The translations under genes were made by a program, and so were the position numbers. From assembly GCA_013361975.1 (NCBI GenBank), contig JABFXB010000019.1:9731-73730 (forward strand): 64,000 bases of DNA, read 5' to 3'. Positions 17,939 to 28,324 of this stretch are shown one piece after another; position 1 is the stretch's first letter, and every line of letters begins with the position of its first letter. The notes below the pieces were generated by a model. It saw only the letters and a list, made by a program, of their open reading frames with translations, was not told the origin of the DNA and did no database searches. Source of the stretch: Dermatophilaceae bacterium (GTDB taxonomy: Bacteria; Actinomycetota; Actinomycetes; Actinomycetales; Dermatophilaceae).

Positions 17939-19542
17939 TGTCGAACCTCCTGATGCCCGTCCAGCCGTTGGCGCTGCAGGTACTCGACGTGGCCCGTGCC
18001 GCAGGTGACCTCGTGGTGCGCAGCGACGTCATGGCAGTGCTGGTGATCGCCGGCTCCGCGGCGGCGTGGCTGCTCGCGGGCTGGGTTCGGGTGCGTGCCG
18101 CCGCGCCCGGGGTGTCGCATCGGCGGTGCCTGCTTGCCGGAGCTGACCTGGTGGCGTGCCTGCCGCGGTCGGCGCCGACCCGGGCTTGGGCATGGACCGA
18201 TCCCGCTGCGGTTGGCCGGGGCGGCCTCGCCCCACCTGAGCTGGCTGCGGCAGCGTCCGGGGTCACCCTTGCCCTCCTGGTCCCGGCCTCGGTGCTCGCC
18301 GCGGGATACCTCGTGCTCACCGGGCATCTGCCGGCCCGTGCCTCTGCCGGTCTCGTCGCGGCCACGACCCTGGTGGTGCTGGCCGGACTGTGCGTCGCAA
18401 CGCGGCGCGTCGCCCGCGTTCCCGGCCGGAACCGGTGGCTGGCCGTCCGCGGCCCGCACCTGACGGCTGCGGCCGTCCTCGGCGAGGTGGTCGTGGCGAT
18501 GACCACGACGGCGGCGGCGTGGGCCCTGACGCACACCGAAGGGGTCGCCGTGAGCCTTCTCGAGGTGGGCTTGGCGGGTGTCGTCGCCCGCGTGGTGACG
18601 CTGGCGAGCGTTCCGGCGGCCGGGGTCGGGCTCGCCGACGTCGTGTTCGCGGCGACGTTGGCGGGGGTGGGTCTCTCGGCGGGCGCGTCGATCGCGACGG
18701 TCGCGGTCTGGCGCCTGGGCCTGGCTCTCGCGTGGTTGGCGGCGCTCGCTGGCCGTCGACCTCGGGCCCGCTCCGGCCTCAGCTCCGGCGTCAGCTTGGG
18801 CGGGGGCTCTCGGGCGGGCTTGGGCGGGCACTCGGAGGGGCCGTTGAGCCTGCCGAGCGAGCCGACGGGTTCCGCAGCGGGCGAATGGCTGCACCGGGCC
18901 GCGTTCAAGGTCATCGGCACCCTGCCGGCCGCGGTGGCGCGCCGCCTGCGCATGGGCGTGTTCCAGGCGCTCTTCTCGCTGTCGGAGGATCCGTGGCGGT
19001 ACGACGGGCTCCCGTACGAGCGGCGCAAGCGGCAGATGCTGGTGGCCAGCCTTCCGCCAGCACGAGCCGGTTCGGGCATCATCGTCGAGCTCGGCTGCGC
19101 CGACGGTCACAACCTGCAGGCGATCGCAGAGGCGTATCCGTCCTCGAGGGTCGTCGGTCTCGACATCAGCCCGGTCGCCGTGGCTGCGGCCCGGCGCCGA
19201 ACGGGCGGTCAGCCTCAGGTGCGGGTGGAACAGTCCGATGCGCGGACCGCAGCTCTGGTGCTGAACGGCGTGGGGGTGGACTCGATCGATGTCCTCATCG
19301 TCGCTGAGATGCTCTACTACCTCGGTGGTCCGGCCCGCGTGAACGCGGAGCTCGCGGGCCTGGCGCCGATGCTGCGCCCCTCCGGAGTGCTCGTCCTGGT
19401 CCATGGGGCCGGCGACGCTGAGCGGCTCCACCCGGCTGCCGTCGTTGCCTTGGGGTGCGCGAGCGTCGAGCGTGTCGTCGTCGAGGACGTGGACCGACCC
19501 TTCGTCGTGGAAGAGGCGCACGCCCGTCAGCTACCGGTCTGA
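17935..19542 (+). CDS. Fusion: LPG-synthase/flippase-like TM domain + NodS-like SAM methyltransferase
   Basis: TM block with VPAAGVGLADVVFAATL..ATVAVWRL, then EDPWRY...YERRKR, VELGCADG, GLDISPVAV, AEMLYYL. Confidence 0.75.
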   Translation: MMSNLLMPVQPLALQVLDVARAAGDLVVRSDVMAVLVIAGSAAAWLLAGWVRVRAAAPGVSHRRCLLAGADLVACLPRSAPTRAWAWTDPAAVGRGGLAPPELAAAASGVTLALLVPASVLAAGYLVLTGHLPARASAGLVAATTLVVLAGLCVATRRVARVPGRNRWLAVRGPHLTAAAVLGEVVVAMTTTAAAWALTHTEGVAVSLLEVGLAGVVARVVTLASVPAAGVGLADVVFAATLAGVGLSAGASIATVAVWRLGLALAWLAALAGRRPRARSGLSSGVSLGGGSRAGLGGHSEGPLSLPSEPTGSAAGEWLHRAAFKVIGTLPAAVARRLRMGVFQALFSLSEDPWRYDGLPYERRKRQMLVASLPPARAGSGIIVELGCADGHNLQAIAEAYPSSRVVGLDISPVAVAAARRRTGGQPQVRVEQSDARTAALVLNGVGVDSIDVLIVAEMLYYLGGPARVNAELAGLAPMLRPSGVLVLVHGAGDAERLHPAAVVALGCASVERVVVEDVDRPFVVEEAHARQLPV

Positions 19543-19817
19543 GCGCCTGACCACACGCTATGTCCGGCCCGGCCAAGGGCTGCGCCCGGCTGCGGCTGCA
19601 GGGGCGCGAGAGCGGCAGGGGCGGCAGGTTGGCTAAGGGGGTGCACCTCGGGCTCCGTGGTCAACCAGCAGGGCGGTGGACTGGCTATGCGAGAAGCTGT
19701 CCACCGCCCGCGGCGACCCCTCCCGCAGGGACGAGGCCACCACCCTGCCGGGCGTTCCTCAGACGCGCGGCAGTGCTGGTTGCGTCACCACTGTCGGGCA
19801 CCTGCCCTGATGAACGC

Positions 19818-19837
19818 TGAGGATCTGATGAAGATCG
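19818..19837 (+). promoter_or_regulatory. CopR-like box with no obvious target gene
   Basis: TGAGGATCT-ga-TGAAGATCG. Confidence 0.6.
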
Positions 19838-19968
19838 TGTGTTGCTTCATCGCGTGGCGCCTGCCGGGCCCACCGGGCCTTGTCGGCCGACCGGTCGTCC
19901 AACCTCTCGCCCAACGTCTGGTCCGATCCGTTGTCGACTGCTCGGCTTCTCGGGTCGAGCCGGTGACG

Positions 19969-22425
19969 TCAGCGCCGTGCGGGGTCGAAGCGGCGCAGGC
20001 GAAGACTGTTCGAGACGACGAACACCGAGCTGAACGCCATGGCGGCTCCGGCGATGAGCGGGTTCAGCAGGCCGATGGCAGCGAGCGGGAGCGCGGCCAC
20101 GTTGTACGCGAACGCCCAGAACAGGTTGCCCTTGATGGTGCGCAATGTGGCCCGTGAGAGACGGATCGCGTCGGGTGCCGCTCGCAGGTCGCCGGTGACC
20201 AAGGTCAGGTCGGAGGCCTCGATGGCCACGTCGGTGCCGGTGCCCATCGACAGACCCAGGTCGGCCTGGGCGAGCGCGGCAGCGTCGTTGACGCCGTCGC
20301 CGACCATGGCCACGACCGCACCGTCACGCTGGAGGGCCGCGACGACATCGACCTTGTCCTGCGGGAGGACCTCCGCGATCACGTCGGCCGGGTCGATCCC
20401 GACGGTGGCAGCCACCGCCGCCGCCGCTGCGGCGTTGTCACCGGTGAGCAGAACGGGGCGCAGGCCGAGCTCCTTCAGCTCGGCGATCGCGGCGGCCGAG
20501 GACTCCTTGACCTGGTCGGCGACGACGATGACCGCGGTCACCTGCCCGTCCCACCCGACCCAGACGGGTGTCTGGCCGAGCTGCTCTGCCGCGGACGCGG
20601 CCGTGCGCAGGGTGTTCGGGGGTGTCATCGACCAGTCCTGCTGGAGCCACGTCCGTCGTCCGGCGACGGCGGCGTGACCGTCGACGACTCCGGAGACGCC
20701 CTGACCGCCTGCGTTGGAGAACGACTCGACGTCGGTCAGGTCGATGCCTGCCGCTTGGGCGTGCGCGGCGATCGCGCGCGCGATCGGGTGCTCCGACGCG
20801 TTCTCGAGCGAGCCGGCGACGTGCAGGACGTCGTTCACGGGGACGCTGTCGGCAGTGTGGATGGCCACGACGCCCATCTGTCCGGTGGTGACCGTGCCCG
20901 TCTTGTCGAGCACGACGGTGTCGACACGGCGGGTGGACTCGAGCACCTGGGGGCCCTTGATGAGGATGCCGAGCTGGGCGCCGCGGCCGGTCCCGACGAG
21001 CAGGGCGGTCGGGGTGGCGAGCCCGAGGGCGCACGGGCACGCGATGATGAGGACGGCGACGGCTGCGGTGAACGCGGCCGTCGCGGTGTGTCCGGTCGCC
21101 AGCCAGGCGGCGAGGGTGGCGATGGCGAGCCCGATGACGATCGGGACGAAGACGGCCGACACGCGGTCGGCGAGGCGCTGCACCTGGGCCTTGCCGTTCT
21201 GGGCGTCCTCGACGAGGCGGGCCATCTGGGCCAGCTGGGTGTCCGCGCCGACGCGGGTGGCTCGCACGAGAAGGCGGCCGCCGGCGTTGACGGTGGCACC
21301 GACGACGGGGTCGCCGGGGGCGACTTCGACGGGGACGGACTCGCCGGTCAGCATGGACGCGTCGACGGCGGAGGTGCCGGAGGTGACGATGCCGTCGGTG
21401 GCGATCTTCTCGCCGGGACGGACGACGAACTGGTCTCCGACGACGAGCTGTGCGACCGGGATCCGGGTCTCGACGGTCTCGCCGGACGGGTCGGGGGCGC
21501 CGTTGCTGGTGGGTCGGGCGCGCAGGACGGCGACGTCTTTCGCGCCCATGTCGAGCAGCGCCCGCAGGGCGGCGCCCGAGGAGCGCTTGGCCCGCGCTTC
21601 GAAGTACCGGCCGGCGAGGATGAACGTCGTGACGGCGGCGGCGACCTCGAGGTAGATGTGCGCCGACCCGGCCGCGTCGGCGGTGTCCGCGCTCGGGAGC
21701 AGCTCGAACGGCATACGCATCCCGGTCATGCCGGCGTGCGTGAACAGCAGCGCCCAGAGCGACCAGAGGTACGCGGCGCTGACACCGACCGAGATGAGGG
21801 TGTCCATCGTTGCGGCGCCGTGGCGGGCGTTCGTGAAGGCGGCGCGGTGGAACGGCAGCGCGCCCCAGACGACGACAGGCGACGCCAGCGTCAGGGAGAT
21901 CCACTGCCAGTTGTCGAACTGCAGCGCAGGGATCATCGACATGGCGACGACCGGGACGGTGAGGACGCCGGAGACGGTCAGGCGGGTGCGCCATGCGCGC
22001 GCCTCGGCCTCGCGCGGGTCGAGGCCGCCGCCCGTGACCCCCTGAGCTGCGGGCGTGCCCGGGGCCGCGGCGGGGTCGGTGGCCGGTGCGGGCGGGGTGG
22101 GGACCGTGGCGGTGTACCCCGTTGCGGTGACCGTGTCGATGAGGTCTTCGGTGCTGACGCTGTCGGGGAAGTGGACCTTGGCCTTTTCGGTGGCGTAGTT
22201 GACGGTGGCCGTCACGCCGTCGAGCTTGTTCAGCTTCTTCTCGATCCGGGCGGCGCAGCTGGCGCAGGTCATCCCGCCGATGAGCAGTTCGACCTCGCCG
22301 CGGGGGGTCAGTCCGAGCGTGCCGGTCGCGCCGGCGCTGCCGTCACGGGGCGGGCTGCTCGTCGTGGACCGGTCGCCGCTGGTCTGGTCGGCGTTGACCT
22401 GGTCGGGGTTGACCTGGGTCGGCAT
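19969..22425 (-). CDS. copA: Cu(I)-exporting P1B-1 ATPase
   Basis: HMA GMTCASC, TGES, CPC, DKTGT, SEHP, GDGVND, YN, MAFSS. Confidence 0.96.
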   Translation of the reverse strand: MPTQVNPDQVNADQTSGDRSTTSSPPRDGSAGATGTLGLTPRGEVELLIGGMTCASCAARIEKKLNKLDGVTATVNYATEKAKVHFPDSVSTEDLIDTVTATGYTATVPTPPAPATDPAAAPGTPAAQGVTGGGLDPREAEARAWRTRLTVSGVLTVPVVAMSMIPALQFDNWQWISLTLASPVVVWGALPFHRAAFTNARHGAATMDTLISVGVSAAYLWSLWALLFTHAGMTGMRMPFELLPSADTADAAGSAHIYLEVAAAVTTFILAGRYFEARAKRSSGAALRALLDMGAKDVAVLRARPTSNGAPDPSGETVETRIPVAQLVVGDQFVVRPGEKIATDGIVTSGTSAVDASMLTGESVPVEVAPGDPVVGATVNAGGRLLVRATRVGADTQLAQMARLVEDAQNGKAQVQRLADRVSAVFVPIVIGLAIATLAAWLATGHTATAAFTAAVAVLIIACPCALGLATPTALLVGTGRGAQLGILIKGPQVLESTRRVDTVVLDKTGTVTTGQMGVVAIHTADSVPVNDVLHVAGSLENASEHPIARAIAAHAQAAGIDLTDVESFSNAGGQGVSGVVDGHAAVAGRRTWLQQDWSMTPPNTLRTAASAAEQLGQTPVWVGWDGQVTAVIVVADQVKESSAAAIAELKELGLRPVLLTGDNAAAAAAVAATVGIDPADVIAEVLPQDKVDVVAALQRDGAVVAMVGDGVNDAAALAQADLGLSMGTGTDVAIEASDLTLVTGDLRAAPDAIRLSRATLRTIKGNLFWAFAYNVAALPLAAIGLLNPLIAGAAMAFSSVFVVSNSLRLRRFDPARR

Positions 22426-22526
22426 GGGTTGTCCTTCCGTTGGTGCGGGCGATGGTGTCCGGGGCGGTGCTCCGGCCGTGAACGCACTGGTCGGGGCCGG
22501 CGCACCGCCCTGGAACGGCTACAGCT

Positions 22527-22745
22527 TCAGGCGAGCTGGTAGTTGCCGGCCTCGTCGAGGGCGGCGCTGACCTGCTCGGGGCTGACCTGCTGGTCGGCGG
22601 TGACGTGGACCGTCGAGGTGCCGCCGGCCACGAGGTCGACGCTCACGTCGGTGACGCCCGGGATCTCGCTGATCTCCGAGGTGACCGCGCCGACGCAGTG
22701 GCCGCAGGTCAGGCCGGTGACGGGGAAGGTCTGGGTGTCGCTCAT
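22527..22745 (-). CDS. copZ: Copper chaperone CopZ
   Basis: GLTCGHC HMA domain, 72 aa, AAGGAG RBS. Confidence 0.93.
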   Translation of the reverse strand: MSDTQTFPVTGLTCGHCVGAVTSEISEIPGVTDVSVDLVAGGTSTVHVTADQQVSPEQVSAALDEAGNYQLA

Positions 22746-22867
22746 CGGGTTCTCCTTGGTTGTTCGTTTCCCTGGGTGGGTTCTTCGGGGCGGTTGCTGT
22801 CCCGGTCCTGGTCGGGTCTGCGCGTCCGTGCCGCCAGCAGCGTCCGGCAGCGTCCGATGCCTGTTGG

Positions 22868-23365
22868 TCAGGACCGGACCAGGCGCGCAATCGCGGCGGA
22901 CGCTTCGTTCAGCTTCGCGTCCAGGTCGGCGCCCGGGTTCGTGGCCGCCTCCACGAGGCAGTGCTTCAGGTGGTCCTGGAGCAGGCCGAGCGCGACCGCC
23001 TCGAGGGCTTTGGTGGCGGCGGACACCTGCGTGAGGATGTCGATGCAGTACATGTCGTTCTCGACCATGCGGTGCAGGCCGCGCACCTGACCTTCGACCC
23101 GGCGAAGACGCTTCAGCTGCGCATCCTTGTGGTGGATGTAGCCCGGCTCGGTGTGGGCGTGGGGGGCGCCGTGGGCGTGGGTCGGGTGCGTTGCAGATGT
23201 CGGCGTGTCGGCCCTCCCCAGCTGCGGCGACTGCGCCCTTCCGGCGTCAGCGGCAGCCCGAGTGGCTGAGTGGGTGGCGGGGTAGGTGGCGGGGGCGATG
23301 ACCGCGTCAGGGCCGGTCGGGTCTGCCTCGCTGGTGATGCTTCGCGATGGTCGGGTGTCCGGCAT
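22868..23365 (-). CDS. csoR: CsoR-family copper-sensing repressor 1
   Basis: RLRRVEGQVRGL, YCIDILTQ, HLKHC; His-rich N-terminal extension. Confidence 0.93.
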   Translation of the reverse strand: MPDTRPSRSITSEADPTGPDAVIAPATYPATHSATRAAADAGRAQSPQLGRADTPTSATHPTHAHGAPHAHTEPGYIHHKDAQLKRLRRVEGQVRGLHRMVENDMYCIDILTQVSAATKALEAVALGLLQDHLKHCLVEAATNPGADLDAKLNEASAAIARLVRS

Positions 23366-23401
23366 GGTGGTTCTCCTCTGTCGTCACTCGATCATAACCC
23401 C

Positions 23402-23418
23402 TACCCCCTATGGGTATA
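23402..23418. promoter_or_regulatory. CsoR operator
   Basis: TACCCCCTATGGGTATA pseudo-palindrome just upstream of csoR. Confidence 0.85.
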
Positions 23419-23478
23419 TTCCGTCGGTGTGGGGGCGATTTGGAGAACGCGGAACCGGTGCTCATGCTGGGTGCTCTC

Positions 23479-24423
23479 ATGAGTGCGCGTGCCAGCTCGG
23501 TCGGTGAGGGGGACATCCCTGACTCCGTGACGCTGACACCTCGCGGGATCGAGCCGGGTGCCGGTGGCGAGTGCGCCGCGGGCGGAGACGGTCGGGAAAG
23601 TGCTGGCCGGAGCTGGGGGCCTGCCACGGTCGCCCTGGCGGTCGGTGTGGCGGTCGGCGTCGTCGTCGTGGCGGGAGCCGTGTTGACCGTCGCGTCGCCT
23701 GGCGGGGAGCGTTCCTGGTGGAGCGTCCTGGTCCGAGCGGTGAGCGCTGGACGGGAGGTGCTGACCAGCCCGCACTGGGTCTCGCCGCTGTTGGCGGACG
23801 CGGGCTGGTTCGCTCCGGTCGTGTTTGTGGTCGGGTTCGTGGTCGTGACATCGCTCGGGGTGCCGCGCACCGTGCTGACTCTCGCGGCGGGATGGGTGTT
23901 CGGCGTGGGGGCCGGACTGCTGCTCGCGTGGGGTGCGAGCTGGTTGGCGGCGTGGGCCGGCTACGAGATGGCCCGGTTCGTCGTCGCGGCTTGGACCTCC
24001 GTGCGGCGACGCCCGGGGGCGAGGGACTCGTGGCGCGAATCCGACGGGCCGTCGCGGCGCGGGCTGGAGTGGCGTGCGAGCGCAGGCCGAGCGCGTGAGC
24101 GGATGGGGGATGCGGTCGCTGCGCGCGCTGGTGACCGGCGCGGGGTGGCGCTTGCCGTCGTCAGCGCCCGGCTCGTGCCGGTCCTTCCGTTCGCGGTGGT
24201 CAACTATGCGTGTGGCGGTCTCCGGCTCTCGCGGCGAGCGTTTGTGCTGGGGTCCGCCGCCGGTCTGTTGCCGGGAGCGGCCGCCTATGCGGTCCTCGGC
24301 GCAGGTCTGGCCGTGCCCGGGTGGGTGCAGCTCGGCACCGCGGCCTCCGGTGCCGCGGTCGCGGCGGGCGCGGTCTGCGCGGCGGTGGTCAAGAGGCGCC
24401 GGTCGGCCCTGACCCGGACGTGA
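23479..24423 (+). CDS. TVP38/TMEM64 (DedA/VTT) family membrane protein
   Basis: GVPRTVLTLAAGWVFG and ARLVPVLPFAVVNYACG motifs; start uncertain. Confidence 0.85.
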   Translation: MSARASSVGEGDIPDSVTLTPRGIEPGAGGECAAGGDGRESAGRSWGPATVALAVGVAVGVVVVAGAVLTVASPGGERSWWSVLVRAVSAGREVLTSPHWVSPLLADAGWFAPVVFVVGFVVVTSLGVPRTVLTLAAGWVFGVGAGLLLAWGASWLAAWAGYEMARFVVAAWTSVRRRPGARDSWRESDGPSRRGLEWRASAGRARERMGDAVAARAGDRRGVALAVVSARLVPVLPFAVVNYACGGLRLSRRAFVLGSAAGLLPGAAAYAVLGAGLAVPGWVQLGTAASGAAVAAGAVCAAVVKRRRSALTRT

Positions 24424-24495
24424 CCGCTGAGCCGTACGCTCGCGCGACGGCCGTGCAGCCAGGGTCAGAGATGTCCCGGACGCGCAGGGTTCGGT

Positions 24496-24515
24496 TGAAT
24501 GTTTGGTCAAGATCG
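24496..24515 (+). promoter_or_regulatory. CopR-like box upstream of kinase 2
   Basis: TGAATGTTT-gg-TCAAGATCG. Confidence 0.55.
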
Positions 24516-24560
24516 AGGCGGCGGCCGCCGCTCTGCGAGCTGGCCAGCGAGACTGGGTCC

Positions 24561-25940
24561 ATGAGTGCTGCACGCCGCGCGCGCCCCGCAACAGCCGCGC
24601 CGCCTGCGACGGACGCCAACGTCGCAGCCGGCCCGTCGCCGCACCCCCGGAGTTCGCGGCTCCGCTGGCTCCCGGGGGCCCGACGGGGCGGTCCGCGTCA
24701 TCGCAGCACGGATGAGCACCGGCCCAGCGACGGGAACGAGGGGAACGAGGGAAACGCCTCCGACCCCGTCGTCGGTGACAGCGACGGCGTCGGTGACAGC
24801 GCCGACAACGGTGGCAACGGCACCAGGAGCAACGGTCAAGGGAGACCCCTCGCGACACGACTCCTGCTGGCCCAAGGGGCTGTGGTCGCGGCCGGCATCG
24901 TCACCGCCAGCGTCGTCGCGGCCGTCATGGGTCCGCCGATCTTCCACGAGCACCTCGTCCGGGCCGGGACCTCGGCCACCGGGACCGAGATGGCGCACGT
25001 CGAGGAGGCGTTCCGCGACGCGAGCTTGATCTCGCTCGGCATCGCGTTGGTCATCGCGCTGCTGTGCGCGCTGGTGGTGACGTGGTTCGTCACCGGGCGG
25101 CTGCAGCGGCCGTTGGCAAGCTTGACCAAGACCGCCGCCGAGATGGGCCGGGGCCGGTACAGCGCGCGGGCGCACGTGGCCGACGCGGGGCCCGAGCTGT
25201 CCAGCCTTGCCGACGCGTTCAACACGATGGCTGCGCAGCTGGAGTCCACCGAGGACACCCGGCGACGTCTGCTCAGTGATGTCGCGCACGAGATGCGCAC
25301 CCCGGTTGCGACCCTGAGCGCGTACCTCGAGGGGCTCGACGACGGGGTGGCCGAGTGGGGCCCGGAAACCGCGGCGTTGTTCCGTGCGCACACGGATCGG
25401 TTGGCGCGGCTCTGTGATGACATCGCGATGGTCTCGCGCGCCGAGGAGGGGCAGCTGCACATGGGCATGGTGGCTGCCCAGGTCGGGGACGTGCTCGAGG
25501 CCGCGGCCCGGGGGGCGGCGGCGAGCTTCGCCGCCAAGGAGGTGGCCCTCCACGTCGTCCACGGGTCGGGATGGGACGTGACGGTGCGCGCCGATCCGGA
25601 GCGACTCGGTCAGGTCCTGTCGAACCTGCTGTCGAATGCGCTGCGGCACACCCCGGCCGGGGGGCGGGTCACCATGACAACGAGTCACTCCCGGGGAGAT
25701 GAGACGGTGAGCCTGCTCGTCGTCGACACGGGGGAGGGGATCACCGCTGAGCAGCTGCCGCACGTGTTCGAACGGTTCTACCGCGGAGACACCGCGCGGA
25801 CCCGCGATGACCGTGGCAGCGGGATCGGCCTGACGATCGCGAAAGCCATCGTCGAGGCTCATGAGGGCTTGATCAGCGTCACCAGCGGCGGGCCCGGCCG
25901 TGGGACAACGTTCTCGCTCACGCTGCCCGCACAGTCCTGA
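24561..25940 (+). CDS. Sensor histidine kinase 2 (CopS-like, no adjacent regulator)
   Basis: Paralog of kinase 1: GPPIFHEHL, HVEEAFRD, DVAHEMRTP, NALRHTP, GSGIGL. Confidence 0.93.
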   Translation: MSAARRARPATAAPPATDANVAAGPSPHPRSSRLRWLPGARRGGPRHRSTDEHRPSDGNEGNEGNASDPVVGDSDGVGDSADNGGNGTRSNGQGRPLATRLLLAQGAVVAAGIVTASVVAAVMGPPIFHEHLVRAGTSATGTEMAHVEEAFRDASLISLGIALVIALLCALVVTWFVTGRLQRPLASLTKTAAEMGRGRYSARAHVADAGPELSSLADAFNTMAAQLESTEDTRRRLLSDVAHEMRTPVATLSAYLEGLDDGVAEWGPETAALFRAHTDRLARLCDDIAMVSRAEEGQLHMGMVAAQVGDVLEAAARGAAASFAAKEVALHVVHGSGWDVTVRADPERLGQVLSNLLSNALRHTPAGGRVTMTTSHSRGDETVSLLVVDTGEGITAEQLPHVFERFYRGDTARTRDDRGSGIGLTIAKAIVEAHEGLISVTSGGPGRGTTFSLTLPAQS

Positions 25941-26049
25941 GGGCCGGCAGCTCAGGCCGGCACTCCCAGCCGAGGGTCGGCGCGTGCGCTCCCCAGGGCA
26001 TCGCCACCGGTAACGGGGAAACGCGTGCCCATCCGACCGGAACCGGGAG

Positions 26050-26150
26050 GGGCCTCGGTCAGGACCGCGGCGGCCTTGACGCGCTCCAAGGAGGTCTGCA
26101 AGGCGGGGCAGCCGCCGAAGTACATCACCGTCAGATTCGCCGTCTTGGCC
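26050..26150 (-). pseudogene. Truncated copy of the thioredoxin-like gene at 28325-28639
   Basis: NLTVMYFGGCPALQTSLERVKAAAVL aligns with NLTVMYFDGCPSWQTAVERVRAAAVL, then homology ends. Confidence 0.75.
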
Positions 26151-26191
26151 CCATCATCATTTCGAGCACCCACCGGGCTGCCGCCGGCAGG

Positions 26192-26264
26192 GCGGGCGGT
26201 GAGCGCCTGTGACGCCACTCACCGCCCGCTGGCCCGGAGGGGGACTGGGGAGGCCCTCCGGGCC
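26192..26264 (-). ncRNA. Candidate two-hairpin structured 5' leader (copy 1)
   Basis: Perfect 12-bp and 11-bp stems; conserved with compensatory changes in copy 2. Confidence 0.5.
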
Positions 26265-26580
26265 GTCGGCGGCCGCGCAGTGCGACGCACCAGTTGACAG
26301 GGTCGGACGATCACCCCGCAGGAACCGCGTCGTTTCGATGAAGGTTTCGTATCGGACACCGACAGCCCCGTGTGGGCATCGTCCGTGACCGGCGCGCCGG
26401 CCGCCGGGCATCGAGGCGCTGGCCCTCGGCGCCGGAGAACGAATCGCTTGTCCGGGTCGTCCATCCCGGGGTCTGCGCACGACGTGCAGGTCACGGGAGC
26501 ACAGGTTTTGCCGGCGCGACGATCTTCCGGAACTGCCGCCTTGAGGACGGGAACGCCCAGGCATGCGTGCACCGAGTGGA

Positions 26581-27633
26581 TTACCGGGTCACACGCAGCC
26601 ACACGGCGGAGCGTCCTGTGCCCTGCGGCTTGAGGAGCCCCTCGTCCTTCAGCCCATTGAGGACGAGTCGAATGGTCGGATCGCTGATTCCGGGTAGCGC
26701 GGCTCTGACATCGGCGATCGCAAAGACAGACGCCCCGTGGCCCAAGACGTGCTCACGGACGCGTTCCGCTTTCGTGCCTCCAGACCTATCGGCGGCTACA
26801 CCCTCAGCGAACCGGGCGTAGCCGCGAGCGAGGAGCTGGCTGAAGTAGGTCAGCCAGGGCCACGGGTCGTTGGCGTGGTCGTTCCAGTCGTGAGTTGAGT
26901 CGAGCAACGCCTGGTAGTAGGCATCAGCAGATTCGGCGATGAGCTGCTCGAGCGACACGTAGCGGCCGACCCCATACCCGGCCTCGGCGAGAAGGGCGTT
27001 CGTCAGCGCTCGGGCCACGCGACCGTTGCCGTCGTCGAACGGGTGGATGATGAGCAGATCCAGGACGAAGACACCGACGAGGAGCACTGGGTGGTGCCGG
27101 TTTGCCTTGACGGCATCGACGTAGCGGTCGATGAGCTCGGCGGCGTAGTACTCGGTGCGCGCAGCCGGGACGGGCTTGAATCGGACGGTCTGGATGCCGT
27201 CGGGAGACCGGTCGACAACGAGGTTGTCGCTCTCCTTGAAGGTCCCGCCGGTGGCTTTGGTATCCGCAAACAGCAGCCGGTGCAGGTGAAGAAGCAGGCC
27301 GACGTTCAGGGGGCGCCAGTCCTCGGCGAAAAGGTAGTCGAGGGCAGCCCGGTAGCCGGCGAACTCTTGTTCGCTGCGGGTGCGCAGCTCGATGGGCCTG
27401 TTGGCGATGATGGCGGCCGCACGGCTGCGGTTCTTGACGACGATGCCCTCCAGGGCAGACGACGCGGTGATGCTCGCGACCCGTGCGCGGTTGGCCAGCT
27501 CGGTGAGGAGGTCGGGCAGCTGGTGGAGGTACAAGCCCTCGCTGCCTTGGCCGCGGTCGATGTCGCGCAAGGTCATCACCAAAGGCGCTGGCACAGCGCC
27601 GAGGGCGCGGTCAAGATCGACGAAGGAGTGCAC
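26581..27633 (-). CDS. Fic-family protein with C-terminal winged HTH
   Basis: Canonical HPFDDGNGRVAR; N-terminal SSALEG inhibitory motif. Confidence 0.93.
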   Translation of the reverse strand: MHSFVDLDRALGAVPAPLVMTLRDIDRGQGSEGLYLHQLPDLLTELANRARVASITASSALEGIVVKNRSRAAAIIANRPIELRTRSEQEFAGYRAALDYLFAEDWRPLNVGLLLHLHRLLFADTKATGGTFKESDNLVVDRSPDGIQTVRFKPVPAARTEYYAAELIDRYVDAVKANRHHPVLLVGVFVLDLLIIHPFDDGNGRVARALTNALLAEAGYGVGRYVSLEQLIAESADAYYQALLDSTHDWNDHANDPWPWLTYFSQLLARGYARFAEGVAADRSGGTKAERVREHVLGHGASVFAIADVRAALPGISDPTIRLVLNGLKDEGLLKPQGTGRSAVWLRVTR

Positions 27634-27650
27634 AAGAAGTCCTCACAGAC

Positions 27651-27694
27651 GGTCTAAACTACATAACGCGGCGGTCGCTTATGTAGTTTAGACC
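27651..27694. promoter_or_regulatory. Perfect 16-bp inverted repeat over the fic promoter (putative operator)
   Basis: GGTCTAAACTACATAA-N12-TTATGTAGTTTAGACC. Confidence 0.7.
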
Positions 27695-27835
27695 AGCTTG
27701 AGGGTAGTTTGGCGACTCCAGCGCCGCCGCGGCGCGCCGCTCTGCCTCGGCTGCTCGATCCGCTGCCGAGCTGGTCAAAGACCCGACACGCAGAGTGACG
27801 AGGTCGCGCCGCGGCCAGCACCGTGTCGACGAGCA

Positions 27836-27907
27836 GTGACGAAGCAGCTCCTCCCGATCCTCTTCCTGCTCATCCTCTTCATCGTTTTCAGGATCAACAC
27901 CGTCTGA
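27836..27907 (+). CDS. Possible 23-aa hydrophobic peptide
   Basis: GTG-TKQLLPILFLLILFIVFRINTV-stop; single TM. Confidence 0.3.
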   Translation: MTKQLLPILFLLILFIVFRINTV

Positions 27908-27975
27908 TCCTGGAGGTCGCCTCGCATGACTCCGGCTCCGGATCCTTGCTCGCTCCGGGCCTCCTTGCGGCCCCC

Positions 27976-28272
27976 TCAGGGAAGGTGCCGGTCCAGACGT
28001 CGCACGACACGACCCAGGAGCGGCCAGTCCTGCAGCCCGGCGCGCACGACCAGGTCCCGGGTGGCCGCGAACGGGCGGTGCACCACGGCACCTACGGTGT
28101 GCACGTCGGCGTCCGCGGTGGACCTCGCCCGCCGCGACAGCCACCGTGCGCAGGCGGCGCAGACGCCGACCTCTGGGTGGGTCCCGAGCCGCGTCAGGTC
28201 GTGCTCGTCGAACGCGTTGCCACAGCACCAGCAGGTCGGACGCTGCGCCTCCTCTTGGGCAGCCACTGCCAT
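27976..28272 (-). CDS. Small Cys-cluster (zinc-finger-like) hypothetical protein
   Basis: CWCCG...VCAAC motif; GAGGA RBS. Confidence 0.75.
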   Translation of the reverse strand: MAVAAQEEAQRPTCWCCGNAFDEHDLTRLGTHPEVGVCAACARWLSRRARSTADADVHTVGAVVHRPFAATRDLVVRAGLQDWPLLGRVVRRLDRHLP

Positions 28273-28324
28273 GTCTTCATCCTCGCGCCGCCCGAGTCGC
28301 GAATCCAGAGCCGTGGAGGCCTAG

